From assembly GCA_010093745.1 (NCBI GenBank), contig MU005963.1, positions 392,217-424,068 on the forward strand: a stretch of DNA of 31,852 nucleotides. Reading direction: 5' to 3'. The notes under the pieces were generated by a model. It was given only the letters and a program-made list of their open reading frames with translations, searched no databases and was not told where the DNA came from. Position numbers and translations under genes: made by a program. Of this stretch, positions 1 to 10,884 are shown piece after piece (position 1 is the stretch's first letter; each line of letters starts with the position of its first letter). This DNA is from Piedraia hortae CBS 480.64 (lineage: Eukaryota).

Positions 1-2
1 CC

Positions 3-1439
3 CAAAAACATACTCTGCTCTACTCGACTTCGTCGTCTTCTGCGGGCTCATTCGATAGTTCCGCAGCTGTTCAAACCGAAGCAGCCGTACTGGCAACTCT
101 GGCTGCACAGGCTGAACTGGGGCCGCGAATCAGTGGGCTGGAAACGCGAATCAATGACCTGGAAGACCTGGCATTACCGTCACTCTCTCGACCCTGGCAT
201 GTCCAGGTAGTTCTCCTGCCTTGGGGCCGAGACTTGAAGGGCATCTGGTTCTCGTCAGATGAACAACCATCGAGCTCGCAGCCTCAAGCCTCACCTCGTG
301 AATGGGGAAGCGAGAGCCAGACGCGCTCAACTCCTATTCTGCCATTTGGCGATGCATGGACGACGAGATCCATCTCGGCATGGGCCTCCGAGACGCAAGA
401 CTGGCTTTGTCCAAAGGCCTGTGGGCCTCATGGACTCGTCTTTCAGCGCCTTGCCAGTCGGGGGCTGGTGCAGGATATATCTCTGACGGCCCCCAATGCC
501 CACCACATCCTGCAGACAATCCACGAGGCGTTTGGTGAAATACTCCCCGACCTTTCAGGCAAAGAGGAGAGCCCATCCTATCAAGGTCTGAACGAGGCAT
601 TCATCCCACTCCGCAAAGTCCGCAAGTCGTCTCGCCTGCGCTTTCTATCTCCCAGCGAGATGGTTACGTCTGCTACGTGGTCGGCACAATTCCTCGATGC
701 AGGCATTTTCATGAAGCTTTCCTCCGATTCCATTCGACGGCTGTATATCACAACTCCAGAGGCATATATCCAGCCTTCAGGCTGCGGCTTCTCATGGCGC
801 AGCCTACGTCGTCTGCCCGTCCACAACGCAACTCCCGAAGAGGAAAACCTGCAAAGCGTCGCCATTGAGGCTTGCTGGTCCTATTGCGAGCGCCTCGACC
901 GCGGATCCGAGATGCTACAAGACCCTGAGTGTGCATATTTTGCGCCTCCAACCAAGCCTCCACCACAACCTCCACCACAAATGGTCCAAAAACGCCGCAC
1001 TCTGTCCGTTCCACGCAAGTCAAGGCGAAGCAAAAGCCAAAGCCTCAATGGAACCCCTCCTGCCACCGGAGCACCCAGCAAAAGAAGCCGCATCTCAAGT
1101 CCAATGTCCCCGGAACAAGGCAGCTCGTCACGCAAACGAAGCAATGCCGGACCTGCAGTTGGTCTGACGCCGCGCTGGTCAGGCGAACCCTCGTCACCAC
1201 CGATCGCGTTTGAGTATGCCGAAGAGACCGAAATGCACGCGGGCCAAGCCTACCTTACACCTTACAGCAACCTCCAGAACAGCCTCTTTCCAGCCAAAAG
1301 CGAGGATCAAAAGAATAGAGGCCCTTCCGGCGCTGGAAGTGTAGACATGGACATGCACGGGGATGGAAACGACGAGGAGGAAGAAGAATGGAATGGAATC
1401 GAAAAATCTTCGTTCGAAGACAGCAGCGATGGTGAATGA
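3..1439 (+). CDS. Conserved-looking fungal hypothetical protein, 5'-truncated by the window edge
   Basis: Frame is open from position 3 (QKHTLLY...WHVQVVLLPWGRDLKGIW) to TGA at 1437-1439. Globular-looking core (WLCPKACG, FIPLRKVRKSSRLRFL, RRLYIT) followed by a low-complexity S/P/acidic tail. No function recognised. Confidence 0.8.
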   Translation, partial: QKHTLLYSTSSSSAGSFDSSAAVQTEAAVLATLAAQAELGPRISGLETRINDLEDLALPSLSRPWHVQVVLLPWGRDLKGIWFSSDEQPSSSQPQASPREWGSESQTRSTPILPFGDAWTTRSISAWASETQDWLCPKACGPHGLVFQRLASRGLVQDISLTAPNAHHILQTIHEAFGEILPDLSGKEESPSYQGLNEAFIPLRKVRKSSRLRFLSPSEMVTSATWSAQFLDAGIFMKLSSDSIRRLYITTPEAYIQPSGCGFSWRSLRRLPVHNATPEEENLQSVAIEACWSYCERLDRGSEMLQDPECAYFAPPTKPPPQPPPQMVQKRRTLSVPRKSRRSKSQSLNGTPPATGAPSKRSRISSPMSPEQGSSSRKRSNAGPAVGLTPRWSGEPSSPPIAFEYAEETEMHAGQAYLTPYSNLQNSLFPAKSEDQKNRGPSGAGSVDMDMHGDGNDEEEEEWNGIEKSSFEDSSDGE

Positions 1440-1558
1440 GAATAACAATCTACAACCAGTTCCTGTTGTATAAAAAGAAACTCCATGTACGAGGTACGGG
1501 TATTCCACTCTTAAACTTATTTCTTACAAAGTTGTTGTGCATCGGGGAAGCCAAAATA

Positions 1559-2790
1559 TCATGAATTGATTTTCGGCTTCGTCTTTGCCTCTTTCTTCTT
1601 CTTTGCCTCATCCTTTTTGGCCTTTTTATTTGCCTCAATCTTCTCCTCGTTCTTTCTTTTCAGATTCGCCTTTTCTTCCTCCGTCTTCTCTTTGACTTTG
1701 AAGAACCCCTCAAGTCGTGACTGTTGTGACGATTTTAGGTTCTTTTGCAGTCGCGCGGCGGCGTTGCGCACGCGGTCTTCGCTGAAGCCCTTTTCCTCAA
1801 CGAGGAACTTGACGAGACCGTCTACATCCGGATTCTCCCATTTGAAGTCGCATTCTGGGTCGCTCGCCTTGCGCACGTCAGGCTCCAGGAACAGCTGGCG
1901 TGCTTCCTGATAGGGCCAGTCGTCGGGTAGAGTGTATTTTGTATTTTTGCGAATGTGCTCCACGACGGCCTCCAGCGTCTTGTACTCTTTGATCAGCGAC
2001 AGCGCGACTTTGGGACCGATGCCCTTGACAGGGTCAACGTAGTCGCATCCGAGCAAAATGCACAGATCGATAAATTGGTCGCGTTCCATCTGCAAGCCCT
2101 CCAGAACCTTTTCGAGGTGGATCTCCTGTATTGGCTCTTTACGCTGCTCCGAAAACGTCAGCTTGCGCAGCAGCACCGGTGCGTTAAACGTCAGCGTGTC
2201 CATGTCCTCTGATGCGGCTGCGTAGACTTTGCCAGCACGCGCGAGCTCCGCACACTGTGCTTCGGCCTCTGTCGGTGCAATCAGATAGGGGACACCCATG
2301 AGCTTCAGGAGACGCTGTGCTTCGGCGTTATGTTCCTTAGTAACGCGCACAGTGCGCCGGCTGAATTTCTCAACCTCCTCCGCTGTTCCCGTTTCTTTGG
2401 CCTCCTCGTGCGACTCCTGCGCCTCGCTCTTGCGCTGGAATCGCTTCGCTAGCTCGCCCGACTTGAGCTTTGGCGGCGCGCCGTCAAACACGTACAGTGG
2501 CTTGATTCCATTGTCGACGATGCGCAAAGTCCGGTAGAACATGCCCATTAGATGCGATGTAGTCTCTCCCGACTCAGACATTAGCTGCTCTCCGCCGCTG
2601 CGCACGGCGATAAGGAACGAATATAGTGACATGGAAGCATCGATCGCTACTTTGCGCCCGAACCTGGAATGACCGTCAGTCGAGCCAGCTTCCGGCCAGG
2701 TGGGATGTCGTACTGGTTTTTGATTTCGCCCTCTTTGATCGCATCGGGGCAATTTTCCTTTAGGACCTGGTAGAGATGCTTGATGCCCAT
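1559..2790 (-). CDS. FEN1: Flap endonuclease 1 (XPG/Rad2 family)
   Basis: Exons 2790-2714 and 2663-1559; 50-nt intron GTACGA..ACTGAC..CAG. Product 393 aa, MGIKHL...[36 protein letters not shown]-binding PIP box QSRLEGFF, basic tail. Confidence 0.97.
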
Positions 2791-2819
2791 ATTGATCGAT
2801 TTCTGCTGCTGAAAGCACA

Positions 2820-2846
2820 ACGCGACGGCACGCGACGGCACGCGAC
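2820..2846. repeat. Short tandem repeat (ACGCGACGGC, about 2.7 copies) with MCB-like ACGCG cores upstream of FEN1
   Basis: acgcgacggc acgcgacggc acgcgac, 30-56 bp upstream of the FEN1 ATG. Confidence 0.6.
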
Positions 2847-3091
2847 ATTACGGCATGTGACGAGCTGCAACATGACGTACTGTGGGGAAGGGTGTGGGGT
2901 AGCGGCCCCCACCAATGGCGAACGACAAGAAGACAGAGACATTCTGTAATCCAGTGCCAGGTCATCATAGGTAATCGATAGGACCATAGGGTATTGGTCA
3001 TAACCGTCTCATTGAAGATAGTCTGTTGTCAAAGCTACCGAAAAACTTGCCGTGCATAAACTTCCACTCAACCATCTCCCATCAGCCTTGC

Positions 3092-3731
<640 letters not shown>

Positions 3732-4040
3732 TGCAAGCGATGTGTTCTTCTGGGGACTGTAGTGGAACGTGTGGAAATGCGTTTGGAGTCGAAGTCACGT
3801 TTCTTTCTGCGTACGGGGAGTGTTGCAAAGAACAAAAGCAGCTGCGTTTCTCATGGGCGGCACTTCCCGTCCTGTCTTGGCATCATGACGTAAGTTGATT
3901 GGGCCGAACCCTGCCCCGTTCCCCACCCCTATTTGGCGGCCTGTCACTATGATGACTAATGTCATATTCTAGACAATCAGGAGTTCATCTCTGGGAATAG
4001 AGTATTGTCAAGCAGTAGCTTGTCACGGCTTGGCAACTGC

Positions 4041-5402
4041 TCACACAAATGCCTGAATTCCTGTGATGGCCCGTCCCAATATAAGAGCTGCAAAGCTGTC
4101 AGCGCATACGGTCAACGGCCAGAGAACTCACAGTGAATATCGCTCTGGCCCTCATACGTCTGCGTCACGAACAAGTTCGCCACATGACGCCCAATGTGAT
4201 ACTCGTCGCTCACGGCATTCCCCCCAAATATCTCTTGCAAGTGTCTTGCATTGATGAGAGCGCGGTCGCAGTTCTGCCGCTTAATCATACTGATCATTTC
4301 TGGGACTGATTTACCCGCATCTTTCAGTCGTCCAACCTGAATTGCGGCTAAAATGCCATAACTCGCATCTGTAGTGGCATCTGCGAGTTTCTTCTGCACC
4401 AGCTGATATTTGGCAATGGGGTTGTTTTTAAATTGCCGACGATCGAGTGCGTATTCTCTCGTGCGTGTGATGCAGTCTTCAAGAGCGCCGATGACACCCC
4501 AAGCTATGCCGTAACGGGCACTGTTAAGGCAGGTGAAAGGCCCACGCAGCCCTTCAGCCTCGGCTAACATCATCTCCTCTGCAACAGGCACCTCATCCAT
4601 CTGGATCATGCCAGTGACTGATGCGCGGAGTCCAGTTTTGTGTGCAAGTTTGGGAGTCTCCAGAGTCCAAGGGGGGCATTGGTCCCGTTCTATAAGAAAA
4701 CCCTTAATCTTGCCGGTTTCCTGCAGCTTTGCCCAAACAAGGTGAACGTTCGCAATGGGACTATTTGTTATCCATGTCTTTGTTCCACTTAGACTGTAAT
4801 ACCCCTTCTTCCTGGGATGCTGCTTGGCTACGGTCTCCATACTCCCCGGGTCGGAGCCGTGGTTGGGTTCAGTGAGGCCAAAACATCCAAGAATGTTGCC
4901 CTTTGCCATTTCAGGAAGGAACTTTTCCTTTTGTTCTTGGGTTCCGAACGCATCTATACCGCCCATAACGAGCGATGATTGGACTGACATGCCCGAGCGA
5001 TAGCCCGAATCTACTCTCTCCACTGCACGAGTGATGAGACCTGAAGCTACAGAGGAGACGCCAGCGCATCCGTAGCCTTGGATTGTGGGACCCAAAAACC
5101 CAAGCTCACCCATTTCTTTCAATATAGTTTTGTCGTAGTCCTCGTTTCGATATGCCTCTGTAATTGGGTTAGACTGGTTCATGATTTTTCATTGAGTTGA
5201 TACCAAGCACCCGAGGCTGCAATCGTTCCTGACAATATGACTCTGCCGTTTCAGCGATGGCGATTTCGTCTTCTGTGAGCAAGTTAAGTGTTCCAAGTGG
5301 GTCCTTCCAGTTAAATGCGCCAGATGAGAGCTGTTGTCGTTGGGTCGCGAACTTGAGCCTACCTGGCCGATCGAAAGATCTTATCACACGACCTCTGAGC
5401 AT
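4041..5402 (-). CDS. GCDH: Mitochondrial glutaryl-CoA dehydrogenase (acyl-CoA dehydrogenase family)
   Basis: Exons 5402-5204, 5157-4132, 4087-4041; introns of 46 and 44 nt. Product 423 aa with Arg-rich presequence, [54 protein letters not shown]. Confidence 0.95.
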
Positions 5403-5677
5403 AATGCAAATAAATGGCCTGGTGTTCGTCAAACAGTGTACTGCGTTGCACACGCGGGGAATTAGGCCGCGGCGTGACGACACGCGGAGATGCCGGGGAA
5501 CAAGATCCGCTGATTTGGCTTTCAGTTCGGGTTAGTCACATTTCGATCGCAACAACTAATCGATAGTCTTTTAGTGGCATCTTGCCATGCTCACACTCAC
5601 AGCATAACAGCTACCATGAGAATTTTCTTCTCATATCATAGTATGTTGTCAGTTCACTGACTCCTAAATTCCTAACT

Positions 5678-7012
5678 CTATGCAGTGGAAATCTTGCTTG
5701 TGCCTTCGAATCGCTTTGCTTCTCTTACCTCCTCCTCAAACTCTTGTAGCAGCCGAAGTTCGCTGCCAGTGAATAGCCCAGCAATAAGCCCATGCAAGAT
5801 GCCCGTAGTCAAGGCCAATGTACTCGCCAATGCCAAGACAAAGGCCATCCAGTTGCTTGGCGTCCACCATATACCAACCAAGCACCCTATTGAAACTATC
5901 GGAGACAATAGAAGGTGTATCATTCCTATTTTGCGTACCTGTTCTTCCCGAGCACGATAGGATGATATCAAGAACAATATTTGATCGTGTATGTCTGTCT
6001 GTGGTGTTTGATGACACTGGGTGAGCGGAACAGTTCCAATAGAGTCAATGGCAAAGGAAGCCTCAACTGAGAAATGATCGCTAAGAGAGCATTCAAGTCC
6101 TGGATGCATCCCCGTCATTCCCACCTTGACATCTTTCACACCCCAATTATCTCCTTTTTCAACCTCCCTCACGGGCGGAGAGAAAAAGATGTAGTCCAAC
6201 CTCTTCGCTCCGGCATCTGGCGCACCTGGGTCAGGGGTGAATGGTTTTCTTGCTCTCTCATTCTTACTCCATCGCCACGAATTTAGCCTGCTGTCGCAAG
6301 TTGTGCCGTACTTCTCAAGTGCTTCTTTCGACGATATCACATCCGCTGTCTCTCGAACAGAATCAGGCTTAGCAACGATCCATGCATCAAACACACTGCC
6401 CCTTCCAACGACCACTTTATGCACTAGGCTATTTGGGAGGGAATTAAAGTCGCCCATGCCAATGACCAGGCTGCCTCTATCTCTCGCATCACGCATGAGC
6501 CTCGCAATCTCCCAGGCCTGGGCAACACGATGCGTAGCATAACTGTCTTCTGTCTGCCAGCCATACGGCGCATGCAAGTGCGTGTTGAACACCTCAGCCT
6601 GCACACCGCCTCCCAAATTTATCCTCGCCGATGCAACGCCCTTGCCAACGTACCAGTCGCCTCTAAAGAACGCCTGCGGTCTTCCATTCAACGAATAGGC
6701 ATGCATCCTGCTTTCCACAATGGGATACGCAGAAAATATTGCAAGTCCGCTACCAAAAATTCCGCTATAGTAGAATTTTGCATACGGCAGAATTTGGGAA
6801 ACAGATTGGCGGATTGATCGATAGTCGGCTTGTGTCCAACATTCTTGCAGTGCAACAATAGATGGGCTTGGTGTGAGTGAGGCAAGCGTTTCTCCGATTA
6901 GAGCGAGACGTGCACTACGGTGCTTGGAGATGTATTTCAATCCCCAACAGTTGAGCGTTAAAACGTTGAGAACCCTAGGTGAGCTGGAAGAGGGTTTCTC
7001 GGGCATGGACAT
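5678..7012 (-). CDS. ISC1: Inositol phosphosphingolipid phospholipase C / neutral sphingomyelinase (EEP fold)
   Basis: 444-aa ORF with LTLNCWGLKYISK, LQECW, GSGLAIFS, GDWYVGKG, NTHLHAPY, GDFN, KRLDYIF, SDHF and two C-terminal hydrophobic helices. Confidence 0.93.
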   Translation of the reverse strand: MSMPEKPSSSSPRVLNVLTLNCWGLKYISKHRSARLALIGETLASLTPSPSIVALQECWTQADYRSIRQSVSQILPYAKFYYSGIFGSGLAIFSAYPIVESRMHAYSLNGRPQAFFRGDWYVGKGVASARINLGGGVQAEVFNTHLHAPYGWQTEDSYATHRVAQAWEIARLMRDARDRGSLVIGMGDFNSLPNSLVHKVVVGRGSVFDAWIVAKPDSVRETADVISSKEALEKYGTTCDSRLNSWRWSKNERARKPFTPDPGAPDAGAKRLDYIFFSPPVREVEKGDNWGVKDVKVGMTGMHPGLECSLSDHFSVEASFAIDSIGTVPLTQCHQTPQTDIHDQILFLISSYRAREEQVRKIGMIHLLLSPIVSIGCLVGIWWTPSNWMAFVLALASTLALTTGILHGLIAGLFTGSELRLLQEFEEEVREAKRFEGTSKISTA

Positions 7013-7049
7013 CTGGTAAGGAGATGTTGGTCCTCGTAAAGCAGATCGA

Positions 7050-8040
7050 CTGGTTAAAAATTACCACTGGCGTTATTCAATCGTCACTGTAACCCCCGAT
7101 AGTCCACTTATTTCCTTGGCTCATGGCTTTTAACTCCCTGGCTGCTTACATAATACAACCAAACTTCTTCACATGTGGATCATCTTCCTGTCAGCCAAGA
7201 CTCAAAAGCTTATCTATCGTACAGGTTTGATCCATGGGCTGATTCAAGACCATGTTTCATCCTAGATTAGCTCGGGTTACCGAATAGCACATGTAGTCAG
7301 CGCTAGCTTGCAAAACGTCTGCGGTTGTGATGGTATAGCCCGCACAAAGTTGCGTTTCCTGGTTACGTACGTCACAAGCCTATAGCTATTAGAGGTACAT
7401 TGAGGGACCACAGCCTTGGCTTGTTTGGCAGGACACTGTGGAAGTTACTAGGTGGCACTCCCCTCCACGGCGCTTGTGATTGCTTACCCAGGGCTACCAG
7501 GCAGTCAACCTAAACAGACCGGCGCAACTTTGTTCCACATCCGATCCACAAAAAAAAAAAAAAACCAGGGTCCTTCACTTTTTTTGAGGGCAGTTGTATG
7601 AACCAAAGACTGGTCGTGATTTTGACTCTTGTGTAATCGGGAGGCGCTGGCAGGGGCAAAGTGTGTCAGCCCTCGCATGATGCAGTCATCAATGACGACT
7701 TGAAGCAGACTAGCACTGACCTTCGTAAGCAACCTACGGCAAGCGACTGCCAACAAGGAATGCCCATCTGGCCGAGAAGCAATCATTCTTACCTGTGGCT
7801 ATAGTACGTCATCAAACACGTCAACATGGTCCATGATTCGATCAAATGTTTGCTTCCTCGGCTCGCCAGGTCCAGATCTAAGCTCTGAATTGCAGCTCAT
7901 GTCACTGCCACTGCCTGTACACTGTGAAGCTAGCCCCATTCGGAAGCCGGTTACCATGGTGAGGGGAAGTTGCAGGCAGAGACACAGCTTGAAATCTCGA
8001 CCTGCACGGAACAAAAGGAGAGGCAAGGGTTTTTTTTATA
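7050..8040. ncRNA. Candidate structured non-coding RNA locus (identity unresolved)
   Basis: No credible ORF, but several complementary segments: 7344-7354/7523-7533 (11 bp perfect), 7358-7363/7496-7501, 7372-7379/7472-7479, 7126-7131/7204-7209, 7139-7144/7192-7197, 7971-7976/8001-8006. Minus strand also has TATAAAA at 8040-8034 and intron-like signals. See findings. Confidence 0.4.
7550..7564 (+). repeat. Poly(A) tract, A15
   Basis: Fifteen consecutive A, followed by a T7 run at 7579-7585. Confidence 0.9.
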
Positions 8041-8169
8041 CACGTCGTATCGTCATAGGAATCGTCATCTGCCTCCTTTCTCAATCAATTCATTCGTCAA
8101 TCCAGCCTTTCATCGTCCCTCTCTCAGTCATTTGATACCATTTACCCCTCTTCCCCGCCAACTATTTTC

Positions 8170-10125
8170 TTACTCGGGTCGGTTAACCCTGTTCGGGTGC
8201 GGGCTTTTGGAATTCTCGTGTTCAACAATCTCCCTGAGGCGTCCCCAGAAGGCAGCGGACCCATTGGAGCCCTCGTAGTCTGAAAGGTGTCTGCGGGGGA
8301 AAGTGTTACTCTGCACCCGCTGGCGTTCCCGTTCATGAAAGTGAAACGGCGATCCTAGCCGGGGAACGGGATCGGCCTTCAATCTCGGGAGAGTGTTCAT
8401 CAACCCTGGTCTTCTTCCGGGGAAGGAATTGTCTTCCGGCGTGATGGCTGACGGTCCTGTAGGCTTAAACGGTGTTGACCCAGACACGGAGAGCCCCGGT
8501 GTTATCGACGAGGTGAAGACATCTTCCCCTGTGTGGATTTGAGGCTGACTTCGGAAATAGTCAGGCAGAACGGGACGCTTAGGCTTGTCTTCGTCAGACC
8601 GGAACCGCCGCTTCAACGACGAGCGCGGCATTGTCGGTGCCCCAGATGACGACTCGAATGGTGAGGCCAACTGTCCCGTACGGCCAAGGGATCTGGTGCC
8701 CTCCATGCTTTGCAGAAGGTGCGAGCGATCTTTGCCACCGTCGTCATTGAAAGGTGAAGCAAGCTGCAGATTATCTTGGAGAGACAAACTTTTCTGATGA
8801 GCCTTGGCCTGCGAGCGATGGATGCGAGCAAACCAATCCTTTGGCCGCTGCGGAGCCACCAGGGCCGGCGGCGAAGAGGCAAGCGGCTGTTTCCCTCGAC
8901 TTGTCAGCTGTGCCAGGGGACCCTCTGGTTGCATGGACGGAGCCGTTGCTGTGGCCAATGACACGCTCAAGTCACGGCTGGAAAAGGGCTCAGCTGAATT
9001 CACAGACGGCACCGTCGATGTGGGTAAGGAAGGGCCCTCCGTGCGACCCATTGAACTGTCCTCTGCCAGGAACGGTGACGGAGTGCGCATTCTCAAGAGA
9101 CGGGAGTAATACGGCGCAACACCCGCACGACGCTTGCATAAATACCTCAGCCTCCGGCGTGTGGCAGAATCTGAGCGCGGCCAAAACTGCATCCTGTCTG
9201 CGGCTGCCCTGAGTGTAGCATCCTCACCGTCAACCAGCATAGGGCTTACGCTCCGCGACGCCTGTCTACCGCTCCACGTCCGCCGTGCTTTGGATGCAAC
9301 GCGCGTACACAATCCCAGCGGCGGAGCCGTGCCGGGAAGGGACTTAAAAGGCGTCAGACGAGGATCAAGAAGATGCTCCATGTATGTGCGAAGCAGATGA
9401 TCATCCATGGACTGCGTCCACTTAGGGCTGCGGTGGACTTTGATACGCTTCGCGCTTGGAGAGTCACCATGTTCAAGGAAGAAGGGAGGCCCCTCAGGGA
9501 GGCTCTTGTCTGTGAAGTCGACGAATGGATCGCCATGCGCGCCATCAGAATCGGGAGAAGTGCAGCTGCCACCTGTGCCTCCAACATACGGCGTCGAGTA
9601 GGATGAGCTACCACACGACGAGATGGACGAGTCTGAGAGCGAAGAGCAGATGGACTGCGAGCGTTCACGTCCGCCGCCCGGAGCGGAGCGGGAGAGGCTG
9701 AGCCAGTCACCGGGCGTCGTCGGCGGGGGCGGAGTGACCTTGCGGTTGTCGGTTTGCATCGGGGTAAGGAGCCGCTCCATACGAAGGATGGGTGGGTACG
9801 GTGTGCAGCTCGACAGCGAACCGAACTGTGATGATGCCAGCGGTGATGGGTTGCCGTCATCAGGCTCCGACATTTCGATTGACGGAATCACAGGCCCGGC
9901 GGAAGGCATATCGCTAAGCTGCTCCTCCAAAGTCGGGAAGCGGCTTGCCCTACGACGTCGGATCTTGAAAGCTTGCGCCGGACGAGGCGGCGATGGAGGG
10001 GTCTCTGTGGACATTTGGTCGACATTTTGGTGAGAAGGAGTATGGGGACGGGGGTTGTCGAAGCTCGGCAGCGAGCTCTCAAAACCTGGAAAGGCATCCT
10101 TCAACGATGGACGCGACGGCGCCAT
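8170..10125 (-). CDS. Fungal hypothetical protein, largely disordered and S/T-P rich, with one ordered central domain
   Basis: 651 aa from ATG 10125 (MAPSRPSLKDAF); the upstream extension in the ORF track looks like promoter/UTR. Ordered block KWTQSMDDHLLRTYMEHLLDPRLTPFK...PPLGLCTRVASKARRTW...WPRSDSATRRRLRYLCK. Confidence 0.8.
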   Translation of the reverse strand: MAPSRPSLKDAFPGFESSLPSFDNPRPHTPSHQNVDQMSTETPPSPPRPAQAFKIRRRRASRFPTLEEQLSDMPSAGPVIPSIEMSEPDDGNPSPLASSQFGSLSSCTPYPPILRMERLLTPMQTDNRKVTPPPPTTPGDWLSLSRSAPGGGRERSQSICSSLSDSSISSCGSSSYSTPYVGGTGGSCTSPDSDGAHGDPFVDFTDKSLPEGPPFFLEHGDSPSAKRIKVHRSPKWTQSMDDHLLRTYMEHLLDPRLTPFKSLPGTAPPLGLCTRVASKARRTWSGRQASRSVSPMLVDGEDATLRAAADRMQFWPRSDSATRRRLRYLCKRRAGVAPYYSRLLRMRTPSPFLAEDSSMGRTEGPSLPTSTVPSVNSAEPFSSRDLSVSLATATAPSMQPEGPLAQLTSRGKQPLASSPPALVAPQRPKDWFARIHRSQAKAHQKSLSLQDNLQLASPFNDDGGKDRSHLLQSMEGTRSLGRTGQLASPFESSSGAPTMPRSSLKRRFRSDEDKPKRPVLPDYFRSQPQIHTGEDVFTSSITPGLSVSGSTPFKPTGPSAITPEDNSFPGRRPGLMNTLPRLKADPVPRLGSPFHFHERERQRVQSNTFPRRHLSDYEGSNGSAAFWGRLREIVEHENSKSPHPNRVNRPE

Positions 10126-10884
10126 TATGCAAACACAAGGGACCGTTGGAGGCTGAGTCGCGACAAAGTGCAGAGCTGCAAAAACTTTGGATCGAGTCGG
10201 GAGCGCGCAGTCACCGGTGCAAAGGGACCGTGTCACGACGCGCAAAACGCAACAGGTGAAGTCGCCACGCAGCGCAACGTGATGGATGAGGGCCACGCCT
10301 CGGTCGTTTCTGCCAGGCCAGATGCGCCCTTAAACGCGCCCGTTTGAGTTCAAGCCAGGCGAGTCTCTGTGGTTGGGCGCTCGGTCTGGGGGAATCGCGG
10401 ATCGCACGCGCTCGGTCGCAAAGCCACAACAACACGCGCGATTTCAGTTGCGCGACAGCGGAAAATCGCAATGGTTAGACAGCAACGAAGGTCGCGACGC
10501 GTGGGCCGCGCGGGATATGCCTGTTCCCAGCCTCGCGTAGGTTCAGAAGTGGGTGATGGGGGGAGCGCAGAGGCAAGAGGCCAAGGATAGGCGGCGGGAA
10601 GCGCGGGAAGCGCCCCGCACGGACTCGTACACATCACATGACAGCCCAGGTGGGGCACTCGCCCTATCATATCATCTCATACAACCGTCGAAGAAAAACG
10701 CTCGAGGATGATGCACATACATATGCAATAGCAGGTTGTACAGCATGATTCCGACTCCTCACGCGCGGGCCCTGCAGCTTCGGAAGGGGACCTGTAAATG
10801 TACATTGTATTCTATCTTATACACGGCTGAGAATATGATCTAGAAACCTACAATGCTCCAATGATACCGGGAATTCCCTCAGAT

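Noticed and set aside
2978..2997. GACCATAGGGT resembles the 5' end of ascomycete 5S rRNA
   Set aside because: Similarity stops after about 20 nt; no internal control region or 3' stem.
2791..3001. N-terminal extension of the 480-aa FEN1 ORF
   Set aside because: Read-through of intron and promoter; the conserved MGIKHL start is in another frame at 2790.
7322..7585. SRP RNA hypothesis (GGTTGTGATGG start, long stem, T7 end, about 260 nt)
   Set aside because: No helix 6 or helix 8 with GNRA loops and no SRP54-binding internal loop. RNase P/MRP conserved regions are also not in the right order.
7902..8084. Small minus-strand ORF containing LASPF, possible extra exon of the upstream hypothetical gene
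   Set aside because: A GTAAGA donor exists at the stop codon, but the only in-frame acceptor found is a poor GAG; likely coincidence.
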